Made by a program: the position numbers and the translations under genes. A DNA stretch of 64,000 nt from Sphyrna mokarran. Taxonomy: Eukaryota. This document shows, in pieces, positions 26,039 through 39,705 of this stretch. The notes under the pieces are model-generated. The model did not search any database, was not told the DNA's origin, and saw only the letters and a program-made list of their open reading frames with translations. The stretch spans positions 8,060,001-8,124,000 of the forward strand of contig JAGIQG010000020.1 of NCBI GenBank assembly GCA_024679065.1, read 5' to 3'. Within the stretch, counting starts at the first letter, position 1. Every line of letters starts with the position of its first letter.

Positions 26039-26127
26039 CAAGACAGTTGACTCCCACTGGCTACTGGAAGAGTTGTGCACAGGACCCAGCAAATCTTTAC
26101 ACAACTCCCTTAGTCGAGGCTCAAATC
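26039..26127 (-). CDS. HIRA: HIRA exon (GFEPRLRELCKDLLGPVHNSSSSQWESTVL)
   Basis: AG/GT boundaries, 89 bp, phases consistent. Confidence 0.95.
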
Positions 26128-26213
26128 CTGCAATCAAAAGCAAGAGTCAATGGAGTATCTGAGCATAAATCAAACCACTGAATCAAGGTATGGAGCTTGA
26201 GAGACTATCCTAC

Positions 26214-26377
26214 CTTCGTTTACTAAATAGCGGGTGTAGATAAGAAGCCAGTGACGGTATTCCTGACTAGATTTTAGCGTCATTGCAGCCGCAACCTGAT
26301 TCTCCAGATAAGCCAGCGTCGTCCCTCGTTGTAAGACATGAGGCATCGAGGAGAGTCTAGCAGCCTGACGTCCAGCA
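26214..26377 (-). CDS. HIRA: HIRA exon (AGRQAARL...TLAYLENQ...EYRHWLLIYTRYLVNEG)
   Basis: AG/GT boundaries, 164 bp; Hira-domain motif. Confidence 0.95.
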
Positions 26378-27516
26378 CTAGAAAATTCAAAGATTGACTT
26401 TACATCTTGAGGCAGTGAAAGGACAGCTGAAGCACAAAGAGAGCTGCAGGTGTAGTAACAAAGTCCATTTCCATAAAAATATATTATTCAGCGTTTCACA
26501 AGTCTCTGCTCACTGGGTTATAAGGTGAAGGGACCCGACCAGACCTCAGACAGACAAATAGTGATATGTTTCCCTCCTGAGCCTTGTTTCCTGATTGGAG
26601 CTCCCCCCTCCAAGATCTGCTCACCCCCAAGGTGGTCCCCTGCTGCTCACCCTTCAGCATTTTCATCAAGAGCCCCAGCACCCCGGGACCTCCTGTTCTG
26701 GACCCATCAAAAAGCTCCCCCCCAACATCCCCCTCCTATGTACCTCCCATCCAAATCCTAGCTCCTCTTTGCTGGGACAGTATATAGTTCCAGCAGTGTT
26801 CACCACTCGAGGTTGCACTGAGACTACACAGCAGCCTCCTGCTAACAAACACTCCTTGGACCTGTTAAATTCTACCCAAAGACTTTTCTGCTTCCCCTCC
26901 CCTACCTCATCTAAACCCATCAGAATATCCGTCTAATTCCATTCCATCACAACAAGAAGCTTTTCTAGCTTCTTCTTCAATGTATCAATGCAACTTGCTT
27001 CAACTACTCCATCAGGCAGCTGACTTCCTCAGACACCATAGGAATGGGAGTAAGTACCTTAAACGGCAACTTTATTAATATAAACATGACTCTCATAATT
27101 AGACAACATTGGAGTACTGAGTTGGGTGAGGGGAGGGGTGATATTCAGGGGAGAACATCCACCGAGCACTCCAACTATAACTAGTAGGAAAAAACCACAA
27201 ACTCTTGATACATAATATGACTTAGAGGTGAGTAACATAAATACTGCATTATATTGCACACCTTGCTGAGGTGCAAGATCCCTTCAGCAAGTTGCCTTTA
27301 ACATCATAGTTTCAGCAATTAGACACATGCAAGTTCACAATGTAGAGCAAATCAATTCAATCTCAATGGACAATAAAGAAAATCAATCTTAATGAAAATC
27401 AATAGAAATAATATTTCTAAACAACAACTTCGGAAAGGATAACAAATGAATTTTTAAAAATTATGGATTCGCCCCTTTGTTGCATTGATGGATAGATCAG
27501 CATTGTGGCCACTTAC

Positions 27517-27639
27517 TTTATCCCACAACCTTGCACTGTAGCCAGGGGCCCCGAGCACAACATGGCTTCTTGAGAAGTTAAACAACTGCGGTAATCTGCA
27601 CACTGAACCAGCGAGTCCTGTTTATCCGAGATCAAATTC
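27517..27639 (-). CDS. HIRA: HIRA exon (NLISDKQDSLVQCADYRS...SGPLATVQG)
   Basis: AG/GT boundaries, 123 bp. Confidence 0.95.
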
Positions 27640-29928
27640 CTTAAAGATAAAGCAATCCAAATGAGACAAGAGGCCTGAAGACAAATGACACAAGTACGGT
27701 TTACTGGACTGCCTAAATCATCCCTCATTTGGTGTCAAATCATTGTAAATTCACAAAGGATGTGGAAAGTAGCCTACCACGATTAGAAGTTTGTGTCACA
27801 CAAATAGATTATTATAAGAGAGTCTGCTCTCCTATCTATATACTGAATTGATATTATTTCCAGTAATGAAAAACCAGCATTATGTCACCTCAGCAGTTAC
27901 TTTTCAGGATTGCAGCAGAATCCTATGTTGGGTTGCATCCACACATATTTGGTATGATCTAGCCCTCCATGGCACTTTCAATTTAGCCCAGATTACTGAC
28001 AGCCCTGGAGTACAGTGTGGCTCTTGAGAATTAAGTGTAGCAACAGCAGAGGAGTTTACATTATTGTTATTTGTGACCAAAGCACTACACCCAAACTTTA
28101 CTCTTTCCATGCTTGGTCGTGACCTGCTCCAGCAACAAGAGCAATTCTCAAGCAGACAAGAACCACACACACTCAGATCTACTCGCCAGGCTATTACGAA
28201 CATCCAGTGACAAAAAAATTAACTTGCTTGGCCACACTGAGCAGATAAGTTGCTTGCAACTGGAAGGATGTGCAAGTTCAAACTGGCAAACCTTTTACAG
28301 AAACTACTAGGTGCCTTCACTGTCAGGTACCTCCCATAACGCACAATAATGTAAAATCCTTAAAAAGTCCCACCAGGATTTCCTATTGTTGACACAAATC
28401 ACGGGAAGAAATCACGTCAATACTGAAACTTTAAATATTAATTGTTTTCAGCTATCCGGAATGAAATATTACTTAATGTCAAGAATATACTGAACAGTAA
28501 AAGATAGTGCAATTAATTTGCTCAATAATCCAGTTATGTTCAACAAAAGGTAACTTTGGTGATGGTTGTAGCATAGATTTTGTCTATACACTATGACATG
28601 TATCCAGCCGTAAAGTACACTGCCCGTTCTCTGAAAGTGTTGGATGTAGTGAAACTACACAGAAAGACCAGTTTGTTATCTTTACAAACATCACCATACT
28701 GCTGCCCACAAAATGGATTATTTATAGTAAGGGGAACTCCCAGGCTCACTGGATATCTAAATCAGATTTTAAAAAAATACTCCAGTGTGCTATTTATGAT
28801 GTCTGACTGTCGCATTTGATCTATTTGAAAGAACAGTTTGGTTACACATCATCAGTTAGTCAAATCAGTTCATTGCTCTCAGTCAGATATTTTCATAGGT
28901 TCATTCATCTCAAGATTCACGTAATGCAATTTAAAATGATTAAATGCATTACAAAGCTTAAAAAGAAAATAAAATAAAAGAAAAACTAAAATAGCTGCAA
29001 CTGCTTAAATAAAAGGACTTGTTCTGAATGCTTTGATATCTATTGTAAAACTGAGTGGTGTTCTCAAAGCAGTTGATACGGAGTCTCATCACAAAGCGTT
29101 GAATCAAAAGATTAAAGGCAGCCTGGCATTAGGGAGGAGGATTTTCTTCCTCATTAAATGACCATGAGTATGATCACTGGTCTGACCATCATTCAAAGTG
29201 CCACAAGCGCTCAGAGGTACCACATTGCATTAATCTGCATGGTCTCTGAATTGAATGGTCAAAACCGAATTGGATATATAGTTGAAAAGATGAAATATTT
29301 ACAGGCCTATGGAGAACAAGTGGGACCAATTGGATGGCTCTTTTAAAAACTCAGTTACAGGTATGATAGGCTGAATGGTCTCCTTCAGTTCTGAAAGATT
29401 CTCTGCTGGAAATTAGAAACTCACAGCCCTAACACCATATTATTCACTCACCCATCCCTATACAGCTTCAAGTTGTAATACCAACTTCTCTGTTCATTAA
29501 GGTGCCGCTACATTCACTATCCAACATTACAATGTCATTGTCCTCACCAAGCATATGCAGTGCACTATTTTTTATACAGAAGATGAATGATGGGATTTAG
29601 TTTACCAAAAATAGATTGACACTGCCGTACTGTACCTTTGTAACTGTCCTGCCTAATTATAAACTTTATGATCACTGAATTACAGCAAGGAAGATGACCA
29701 TTCAGCCATACATTTCATTCCTGTATCAGTGCTAGGGCTCCACAGAGCATGGTAGCTAAAAGCTCTAAACTGTGCCCTTTTCCTTCCATCCATCGTATCT
29801 TTTTCCATTTTAACTCTCTATCAAAATCATATATTCAACGCCAGAACTGGTTTGGCTTCAGTTTGTTTAAGAATGTTTTCTCTCCCCTTTATGTGTTTGC
29901 TGGCCTCTGAGTAACTGACTGGAGACTG

Positions 29929-30065
29929 GTGTGTGTGCGTGTGCGTGTGCGTGTGCGCGTGTGTGCGTGTGTGTACACGCACAGGGGGGCAAAAGGGGAA
30001 GAGAGAGAGAGAGAGGGAGAGTGACGTGGTGAGAGGGTGCTGATAGATGCGAGTGTGTGTGTGTG
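29929..30065. repeat. Compound microsatellite (GT/GTGC/GA)
   Basis: Directly visible. Confidence 0.9.
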
Positions 30066-30339
30066 GAGAGCCTGCAGGGGACAGTGAGAGTGTGGGGGCA
30101 GACTTTATCTCTTGAAATTTGATCATTAGTCCCTCAAGTGAGAAATGTTTGAAATGTGCCCCTTCCACGTGAAAAGTTTGGACGCTGATGTAGAGGATGT
30201 TCCAGTCGAGGTTACAGGATTTCAGATCAGTGCATGGGCTTTTAGAAGTCTTTTATTAATGGGAATGCTTTGATAGCTGTTTAGTCAGTGCTGTTTTTTT
30301 TTGAAGGAGTGTTTTGCCTACGGACATCATGCATGCTAC

Positions 30340-30560
30340 AACAGGACGCCTCGCAAACTGCGTTGGTGTAAATATTGCAGAAATCATCTTCATGGCTTCT
30401 CAAAGATGGATATCTACCACATTTGTGCGGCAGCTCCTGAGCCTAGCTGAGCAGCAATACTCTGCTGTTGAGTAGAACAAGGCAATTGGAGCAGTGTTGG
30501 CTTTGCTATACCAGGTGGTGCCTACTGAATGAGATTCACTCTTCAAGGGAGACAGCAACC
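30340..30560 (-). mobile_element. Old non-LTR retrotransposon RT remnant (Vingi/RTE-X-like)
   Basis: GTTW..ANTAPIALFYSTAEYC...VVDIHL resembles the ALVYSTAEYCAPVW motif. Confidence 0.5.
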
Positions 30561-31581
30561 TTCGTGTGCTCCGCCTGTTAAAGCAAGTTTCCAACCACAA
30601 AACCTACAAACTGATGGTGTCAAGAAGGTGACCGAATCATGGCCATCCGACACCCTATCCAAGCAATAAACCTTCAAAAAAATAGTGGATGCTGTTCAAT
30701 GATATGAGGTAACTGAAGGTACGGTCAAAGGCTTTCTAAGCAGTGAGAGACAATAAAGTGCAAGAGTGCTGGTAGAAGGTTCCAGGCTGTGAAACAAAGG
30801 AAGTTGAAGGGACTGGCATAAAAATGACAAGAGCAATGTACACAAAGGATCAGAGTATTAGAAGAACGGTGGGCACATACTGACACACGTAATGGGAAAG
30901 TTTAGATGCAAGATGGAAACGTGGAGGGATTTGTAAATAACAACAAAAATTATTAATCCGATGCATTGAGGTAAAGGGGAACCGATGGGTGAGAAGGGGC
31001 ACCGATGGGTGAGAAGGGGCTAGGACACAGTGCAGTTTGCATAGTTTTGAGCAGATTGCAGTTTCCAAAGGAGGAAAGTCAGAAAATCAGCAAGATCAGA
31101 ATTCAGCCCAGTAAACAAGAGTTTCAGAGGCAAAAGGAGTAAGTTATCGATGAAGGCAGCTGATATAGTGTTATGGAAACATATGTCACCTGGATGGTGA
31201 ACGGAATGTGGTTTTGAAGTTCAGTTCTCAAGATGAAGCAGACACTGAAGACACTGTATACAGTCAAACTCAGTAATTAGGGAAGACAGGCAGAATTGGG
31301 TTTTAGGGTGAAGAATGGTTGGTGGGAAGCAAATTGGTTTTAGTTTCAGATTTTTTTAAAAAATCTCCTGTGAAATAATGACAGTGGAGTTAAGGATCAT
31401 GGCAATAAAATATAATATTCACGTGACAGCGTCAATGTGGAAAACTGTATGGAAACCTCTCTTTCCTTTCCATCACTGACCAATACACCTCCAACCAGGC
31501 CCAATTCCCCCTTGAACTAGGAGGGCTTATCTGATCCATGATTAAAACAAATTGCAAAGATTGCCCATGATAATTCCTTAC

Positions 31582-31687
31582 CATGTGCATAGGGACGTGT
31601 TGAAACAGTATGACTTGCCATTGGATAGAGTGACCACTGGAACACCATGGTGTGTGAGCAGCGATTGTGTTATAGTGGTATCGTTAC
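31582..31687 (-). CDS. HIRA: HIRA exon (GNDTTITQSLLTHHGVPVVTLSNGKSYCFNTSLCTW)
   Basis: AG/GT boundaries, 106 bp. Confidence 0.95.
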
Positions 31688-31929
31688 CTATGAAGAAAAG
31701 GTGATGAAAAGGTATTAAAGCTCAGACACCGGCAGGGTTCACATAGTATGCAGGACAATTATAATGCATTCATCATACAGTACACTGGGTTACTCCCCTA
31801 ATATCTAGTGAGGGATGACATTCCATAATACAACAACTTTGTGTAGTTCTGCCACACAGCATCCTATGCTAGGGATTACAGTACATTTTATAATTGAGCA
31901 CCTTTGGTCTGTGATTACACTAAGGTCTT

Positions 31930-32240
31930 GGACAGCATGGTGGCACAGTGGTTAGCACTACTACCTCACAGCGCTAGGGACCTGGGTTTGATTGCTGGTT
32001 TGGGCCTTTGTCTGTGTGGAGCTTGCATATTCGCCCTCTGTCTGTGTGGGTTTTCTCCAGGTGCTCCAGTCTCCACCCACTCCAAAGGTGTGCGGGTTAG
32101 GTGGATTGGCCATACTAAATTGCCTCCTTAGTGTTAGTGGGACTCGCTAGATATATGAGATTATGGGGATAGGGGCTAGGTGGAATTGTGGTCGGTGCAG
32201 ACTCGATGGGCCGAATGGCCTCTTACTGCAGTGCATAGAA
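31930..32240 (+). mobile_element. HE1-like SINE
   Basis: SINE head and core. Confidence 0.8.
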
Positions 32241-33249
32241 TATTTAACAACAACATTCATGGTTTGGGATTACCTTGTATCCTACAATACAGCAGACTTT
32301 GATATTAAATCCAACTCACTTTGTACTACATCATTTTGCCTCAAGAATTTCGTAATCTTTAAGTATAAAATCCTGACAGCATTGGTATCAATATGTTCTA
32401 AATAATGTTTGGTACATTTAGTACCAGTGCTTCTTTTAGTGTACAGGGTTCAAATTATCGCACTCCCATATACCTGTCCTCCACTACGGTGTACAGCAAG
32501 TGATTACAATATGGCTCTGCTTTTAAAACTGGTGCTGGAATCGATTCCCATTCCACTTAGGGAAAAAAAATCACCAAAACTAAATCAAATAAATAGTTTT
32601 GTTTCATTGAGAAGATTATGGCAGTTAAAAAAAAAGTTGCAAGTGAATCTATCGATAGTTGGTATATCACTTGGACACTGAAGTTGGCTACTAATCATAA
32701 TTATAAAAAGATGCAGCAAAAAGGCTGACCATTCAGCCCATTTTGTCTGTCCAGTCTTTGCAAGAACTATACTGTTCTTCCATAGCCCTAGAATTTTTTT
32801 CTGCAAATATATATCCAATTCACTTTTGAACATTAATATCGTTTCTACCATCTCTTTAAGCAGTCTATCACAAATCACCACAACTTGTGCTATGTTAAAA
32901 AAAAACTAATTTTCCTTCTGGTTTTTTTGGCAATTATATTAAATCTATCCCTTCTGGTTACTGACCCTGTGTCCGTAGAAACACTTTCACTTTATTCTCT
33001 TCTATGAACACCCTTTGTAATTCTGCTGCATCACTCTATCGCAATGATCACTGGCGAACCTCAGATTGTTGCAAATACAATTAATTTTTGTAAACTGTTA
33101 CTATCTCCTTCACAAAGCAAAGCCATCTAGGTGGTTTGATTTCGTTTGTGTGTTCTTAACCCTTCTTTGGCTGGTTTAGGGCCTTAAAAATTAGGTCATG
33201 TTGTGATCATACTAAATTTCCCTTCCCCATTTCAGCTCCAAAAAGAAAG

Positions 33250-33670
33250 AGTTGCATTTTTATAGCGTCTTTCATGATCTCAGGATAGCTCAAAGCATTT
33301 CACAGCCAACAAAGTACTTCTGACATGTAGTCATTGTTACAATTTGCGAAAGGCAGTAGTCAATTTGCCAGGTCCGACAAGCAGCAATATAATAATATCC
33401 AGATAATGTTTTCTTGTGATATTGATTGAAGGATAAATATTGGCTAGAACAGATGAGATAAGCTCCCTGCTCTTTTTTGAAATAGTGTCACAGGATCCTT
33501 TATGCCCAGCTGAGAGGGCAGTGGGATCTCAGCTTTACATCTCATCTGAATCATGGCATCTCTGATAGTCAGCACTCCCTCAGTTTTGCACTGGAGTGTT
33601 AGATTTTTATGCTCAGGTCCTGGACGGGGAGCAGAACACTCAAATGTCTAACTCAAAGGTGAGATTGTTA
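33250..33670 (-). mobile_element. Deu-domain (SacSINE1-like) SINE
   Basis: Reverse complement of CTGAGGGAGTGCTG...GATGAGATGTAAA...AAGAGCAGGGAG...CCAATATTTATCC. Confidence 0.6.
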
Positions 33671-33679
33671 CCAAAGGGG

Positions 33680-34375
33680 ATAGTTCTGGACTTCAGAAAG
33701 CATAATGGAGGACATAACCCTGTCTACATCAATGGGGATAAAGTGGAAATGGTCAACAGCTTCAAGTTTCAAGATGTCCAGATGACCAACAACCTACCCT
33801 ACTCCCTATACATTAGTGTTATAGTTAAGAAAGCCCATCAATGCTTCTACATTCTCAGGAGGCAGACGAAATTCAGCATGTCCACTGTGACACTCACCAA
33901 CTTTTACAGATTACCATAAAAAGCATCCTTTCTGGTTGTATCACAGCTTGTTATGGCTCCTGCTCTGTTCAAAACCGCAAGAAACCACATGAAGCCCAGT
34001 CCATCATGCAAACCAGCCTCCCATTTATTGACTTTGTCTACACTGCCTTGGAAAAACAGACAGCATAATCAAGAACCTCAACATATCCCGGACATTCTCT
34101 CTTCCAGTTTCTTCCATTAGAGAAAAAGATACAAAAGTCTGAGTTACATACCAACCAGCATAACAACAGGTTCTTCCCTGCTGCCATCAGACTTCTGAAT
34201 GCACCTATCTCAGTTACTTTGATAATTCTCTACACCCTAGCTATGAATGTAACACTACATTCTGGACCTTCTGCTTTTTTTATCTACGGTATGCTTTGGC
34301 TGAATACTGCATAACAGACAATACTTTTCACTGTACATTAATACATGTAGCAATAATAAATAAAATCAAAAAATC
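33680..34375 (+). mobile_element. Rex1/Babar-like LINE 3' part
   Basis: VLDFRK..PVYINGDKVEMVNSFKF...IVKKAHQ.FY.LRR...SILSGCITACYG; tail ends CAATAATAAA. Confidence 0.75.
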
Positions 34376-34376
34376 A

Positions 34377-35393
34377 AGTAAGATGTTGCACAGTACCAGG
34401 TTAAAGTCCAACAGGTTTATTTCGAATCACAACTTTTGGAATGCTGCCCTTTCATCGGTGAGTGGGGGTTAGTTCACAAACACAGTATATATAGGCAAAG
34501 ACACAATTGCAAGATAATTACAGATTGGAATGTAAAGAATGGTTAGAATGCGAGTTTTACAGGTAATCAAGTCTTAACAGATACAAACAGTGTGTGCGGA
34601 GAGAGGGATAATCACAGATTAAAGATTTGTTTCAAGCCAGCTCAGTTTGTAGGATTTTGCAAACCCAGGCAATATGGTGGCATTACGTGTAGTGTGACAT
34701 GAACCCAAGATCCTGGTTGAGGTCATCCTCATGCATACAGAACTTGACTGTCAGTTTCTGCTCAGAGGTTCTGCATTGTTGTGTATCATGAAGGCTATCT
34801 TGGAGAATGCTTATCCTAGGATCGGAAGCTGAATGCCCTTGACTGTTGAAATGTTCCCCAACTGGAAGGGAATACTCCTGCCTGGCGATTATTGCACAAT
34901 GTTTGTTCACCCATTGTTGTAGCGTCTACATAATCTCGCCAACATGCCACACCTCAGGACATCTTTTCCTGCAGCGAGACCATGCAAAAACTGATAGCCA
35001 GGTTTCGCAAGCATGAGGATGGCCTCAACCAGGATCTTGGGTTCATATCGCATTACTTGTAATCCCCACTATACTACCTCAATTTGCAAAATGTTATGAA
35101 CTGTCGAGGCTTGAGACAATTCACACCTTTTTAATCTGTGATTATCCTTCTCTCGCCACACGCTGTTTGTACTTTTAGATTTAATTACCTGTAAAAACAC
35201 GCATTCCAACCACCCCAACCTGTAATTATCTTGCTTCTGTATCTGTGTTTTTGCCTCTGTATGCCCTGTTTGTGAACTAACCTCCACTCACCTGATGAAG
35301 CAGCAGTATTCTGAAAGCTCATGATTCCAAGTAAATCTGTTAGACTTTAACCTGGTGCTGTGAGACATCTTACTGTGCTGGCATCTCCACATC
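34377..35393 (-). mobile_element. Penelope-like element remnant with inverted 3' ends
   Basis: Minus GIY-YIG C-terminus (LPVGEHFNSQGHS...NQDLGFMSHY); strand switch at about 34975; right arm ends in the tail GCTGGCATCTCCACATC. Confidence 0.8.
35286..35330 (+). ncRNA. Hammerhead-like motif in PLE terminus (degenerate)
   Basis: CTGATGA (35292) and GAAA (35313) cores present; stems imperfect. Confidence 0.4.
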
Positions 35394-36643
35394 AAATAAA
35401 ACTACTGAGCTGCAGCCAACCAAGGAGCTCATAAGAAGCATAATCAGAGTTTCTTTAGCCTCCCCCCGCCCCGTTTATTAATCTACAGTGACAATGAGTA
35501 ATCCATACCCAAAGGAGAATTGGTCTTTTCACACAAAATGTCAAATGATGAGCACGTCATTTATCACTTTCAAAAGAAAATCATTTCTGAAGTTAGTGAA
35601 GTAATTCCTGTTCTAAGACATCAATTAAACATGAAAACACACACTTGAGTTTGAGTTCAAGGTTTACTTTCAAAACTACCGCAAATGTTTAATGTTAGGA
35701 TGGGTGATCAAGGGTTTTCAAGTGTATTCCTGCAGAATTGTGCATGGAACTTAAGTGTCCTGGGTGAGCATTGGGGAACCGCTCCCCCCAATATCTAGGC
35801 CTTCTATTTCTCTGTAAAGAGTTACTAACTGCTCCAAAACGAGCATTCATTTTGATAAGTTGCAGTTGCAATGTAGGAACATGAAAGCCAGTTTTCACAC
35901 AGTTAAGACTCTCAGGCAGCAATAAGGACATAACCAGGTAATCTGGCTTACTGTCAGTGTTTGAGGAATAAATACTGTACCCGATTTCACAATAAGATAG
36001 TCTTTTCACACAAAATATCAAATGAAGGGCATGTCATTTATTGCTTTGAAAAGAAAATCATTTCTGAAGTACCTGAGAAATTCTTGTCCCAAAACTATCT
36101 GAGAAAATGGGATGTTTCCTTGAAATATTTTTGCTCTCCTTATATAGGGATTGGGTTGTTGGGATGCCCCAGTTCGATCAAACTAGTAGAAATGCTAACA
36201 AAACTTGGGAAACACTAATAAACCATATGGAGTGAAAAGGGAACAGAGGGTTTGGTGAAAAGGTGGTGAAAATATTTATAATTCACACGCCTGCTAATTA
36301 AATGTGATGTGGGGGGAAAAAAATGTTTTTTTTTTCTCAAGCTTAATTTGATTGCTCGGAAACAGATGCATAGGAAAAGACAAAAAGGAACTGAAACTGC
36401 ACTGACAAATAAAGGCACAATCGTTTTATTTTGAGTTTTCAAAGCTCCCGGCTAGGTTTCAGTACAAACCAGGTGCAACTGACAAACAACCCAGTGAAGG
36501 TTCAATAATTCTAAAGTTTGCATTTTATAATTTTGCATTAGAAATTTACAAGAATTCAACCAATTTAAGAATATTGCAAAAGCAGATTTATGGTAAAAGC
36601 TTTTTTTAAGTTATCTGTAATTAATGGACAAGAAATTAAAAGA

Positions 36644-36706
36644 ATTATGTACATCCCAATTATCCAGCACTTTATTCATTATGTACATCCCAATTATCCA
36701 GCACTT
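36644..36706. repeat. Perfect 29-bp direct repeat, period 34
   Basis: ATTATGTACATCCCAATTATCCAGCACTT at 36644 and 36678. Confidence 0.95.
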
Positions 36707-38404
36707 CACATCATTTTGCTAGTCTAAACAGATCATCCAAAGGGACAAGATGATACACAAAGCAATTAGTATGCTTTGGACAGTTCAAAGCTGTGGACTG
36801 CTAACAACAGTATGACAAGCAGATAAGGTCCAGACAGTCTCAGATAGCTAGTGCTAGTCTGTATGCAGTTCACTGAAATAGCAACTTGTTTCTTTCTGCT
36901 CTCTACAATCATATTCATCTGTATCAGTTCCCATAGGAGTGAAGTGCAAGCGTAAAAGGGAACAATGCACTCCTGTCTAGTATGGTATAGCTCGTATGTG
37001 TCTTATCATTATTTTTTGTACAGTTGCACCAGGGCAAAAAGAGCATTGTGTTCCCTACTGGCACTATGCAATAGCAATCTCCTGACAAAAACTCCTCTAC
37101 ATCTGAAGTGTCACTGCAGAGGTTCTTGCTTGCATTGTAGGAGATAAGTTATTTAAGTAGAACAAACCGTTTTGCTGCTGAATAATTCTGTAGATAAGGT
37201 GGGTATAGTTACAGAAATGATAAATGGGTCTGCAGGTTCCTTGTGTGGTTGTGAATGTCTGCATGCTTCATAAGGCTGGACTATATTCACTGTCATTGGT
37301 TTGGACAGGACAGATATGGTTGTTCAAGGATTATTTCAGACCAAGAGAAAATTGGTAGCAGATCCCATGGGCAAGTTCTCAAATGAATCCGTAAAAAACA
37401 TAAAGGGTCATTAGAATGTGGAACGCAGGCCATAGACATAGAATCAACTCAGATATTTGTGAAGAGCAAATGATACTTCCATATGCCAATATGAAAATTT
37501 CAATCTTTTTAGTTAGCATGAAGACTAACCCAGAGAAGATATTCAGATAAAGTGGCTGATTAAAACAAAAATCAAAATGCTGACCTTCACGCATTATAAA
37601 TAAATAATTTTTATTCTATACGAGACTATTAGACACAACCATTCAGACTCTATATACTCCCTCGACCCAAAGCAATTCATTTTCATTTCTGCGTACTATC
37701 CACATTTGACTTACTGCAGCCTTTTATGCCTTCCTACATTTGTATCATCTTCAGACTTGGCTACTTCAATGATCTACTCAATAAATTCTAACTTGCCCAG
37801 AACTCTGGCACATATATCTTTTTCCACATTAAGTCCTATTTCTCCATCATCTTTGTCCTGTTAACTTACCATTAGCTCCTTACCTCTCTCAACACATGTA
37901 AGTTTAAATTTTTTGTCTTGGTCTTTGCTAGCATCATCTCTGGAGCTTGATTCAACCCTTTGTTCCACATTAAATGTACATCTGACTCTGGCTTTTTTTT
38001 TGCAGACCTTCCTTGCCCCACTGCCTTTCATTGCCTGGATTCTACTGTCTAGAATATCCCTTATCCTAAAATTCTCAGAATCTTCATCTCTCTAATTTCC
38101 TTCAACATGCATCCCTTCAATCAAGGTTTTGGTTACTCCTAATTGATCTCTTCCTGAATCAGGGTCCATTTGGGAAACTCTATGATAAATGCGCTATATA
38201 AGTAAATTCACATTGTTATATGTAATTTTGATAACTGGGTCAACTTGTGGAAACTGCCACTGTGTCATAAAAACAAAAGCAAGTATTGTAAAGAGTCCAA
38301 ATGGTATTTTACTTAAGATACAAAGATACTAAAAAATATGAAGAAACGGACAAGAAAGTGGGTTTTAAAAAGATGAACACCAGCCATGGTGAACAAACAG
38401 TAGT

Positions 38405-38715
38405 ATTTGTAGTAAACGCCACTAGCTTTCAGAATTGGCTCTTCCCTCATCAGGTGGGTGGGAGTTCTGATCACAAACAGAGCAGATAAAGACGTAAACT
38501 CAATTTACACGAATAATGATTGGAATATGAATCTTTACAGCTTATCAAGGCTTATGTACAGACAATGTGAGTGGAGAGAGCATTAAGCACAGATTATAAA
38601 GATGTGTATTGTTTCTAGGCAGGAAAGTTAGTGAGATTTTGCAAGTCCAGGCAAGTTGTGGAGGTTACAGATAGTGTGACAAGACACATAATATTCATGC
38701 TGAGGATTGGGTTCC
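38405..38715 (-). mobile_element. Penelope-like 3' fragment with hammerhead-like core
   Basis: Homologous to 55820-56158; minus strand reads CTGATGA-GGGAAGAGCCAATTCT-GAAAGCTAGTGGC. Confidence 0.7.
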
Positions 38716-39016
38716 TTTCCCTGAACTCTGTTCTAAACAGGATACACGCTGAAATTCCTGAATTTCACACACCTGAATTCTCCACAATACTCAATACTGA
38801 AGCAAAATATTAAAATGGACAAAAGAATTGGGAAAGTATGTGCTGGATGTGCCAGATTAGAATTAAAACTTCAAAATCTTTGGTTATTTAAAAGAAACAC
38901 GTGGTGGTTGGGGAAGAAAACTGGGAGAAATCTGAAAGTGTTTTGAATTTTCACACACCTGAGTTATAATTACAGCAAGAATTCTGCATGAACAAATAAA
39001 AATCAAAGCCAAGTAC

Positions 39017-39075
39017 CTGATAATATAGTGATTAGAGATTCATCTTTGACCAATACAGTCTGCTTCTTTGCATCC
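39017..39075 (-). CDS. HIRA: HIRA exon (DAKKQTVLVKDESLITILSG)
   Basis: AG/GT boundaries, 59 bp, phases consistent. Confidence 0.9.
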
Positions 39076-39357
39076 CTGGAATAACAATAAAACATGTAAT
39101 ACAATTGAAGTCTCTCATTTGATGATGAATATTGTGGCCTGAGTAATATAATTACAATTCTAATAAATGTCAGCAACTCCTATCACCAAGATGTAGGCCG
39201 ATATCTCTCATGTGACATTGTTTCCTCATCAGCATAATGGGATTGGAAAGCCAAATTAGCTTACATATGATCAGATTCTTACCTTCTGCAATTAACTTAC
39301 CACATGCATAGATCGCACAGTATAACAATCCAACACACGCAGGTCTCAATCCCAAAT

Positions 39358-39705
39358 AATCATAGAATCATAGAACCCTACAGTGCAGAAAGAAGCCTTC
39401 GGCCCATCAAGTCTGCACCAAACACGATCCCCCAACCAGGTTCTACCCTACATATCCCAACAAGATACCCACTAATCCTTCTTAACCTACGCATCCCTGG
39501 GCACTAAGAGGCAATTTCTTAGCATGGCCTATCAACCTAACCCGCACATCTTTGGATTGTGGGAGGAAACCAGAGTACCCAGAGGAAACCCACGCAGACA
39601 TGAGGAGAATGTGCAAACTTCACAGAGTGACCCGAGCCAGGAATCGAACCCAGAACCCTGGAGCTGTGAAGCAGCACTGCTAGCCATCATACTACCATGC
39701 CGCCT
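39358..39705 (-). mobile_element. HE1-like SINE
   Basis: SINE head, core and CATAGAAT tail. Confidence 0.8.

Noticed and set aside
35545-35590. Box C/D snoRNA (ATGATGA...CTGA)
   Set aside because: Antisense to the host gene, only about 46 nt, and box C is lost in the duplicate copy.
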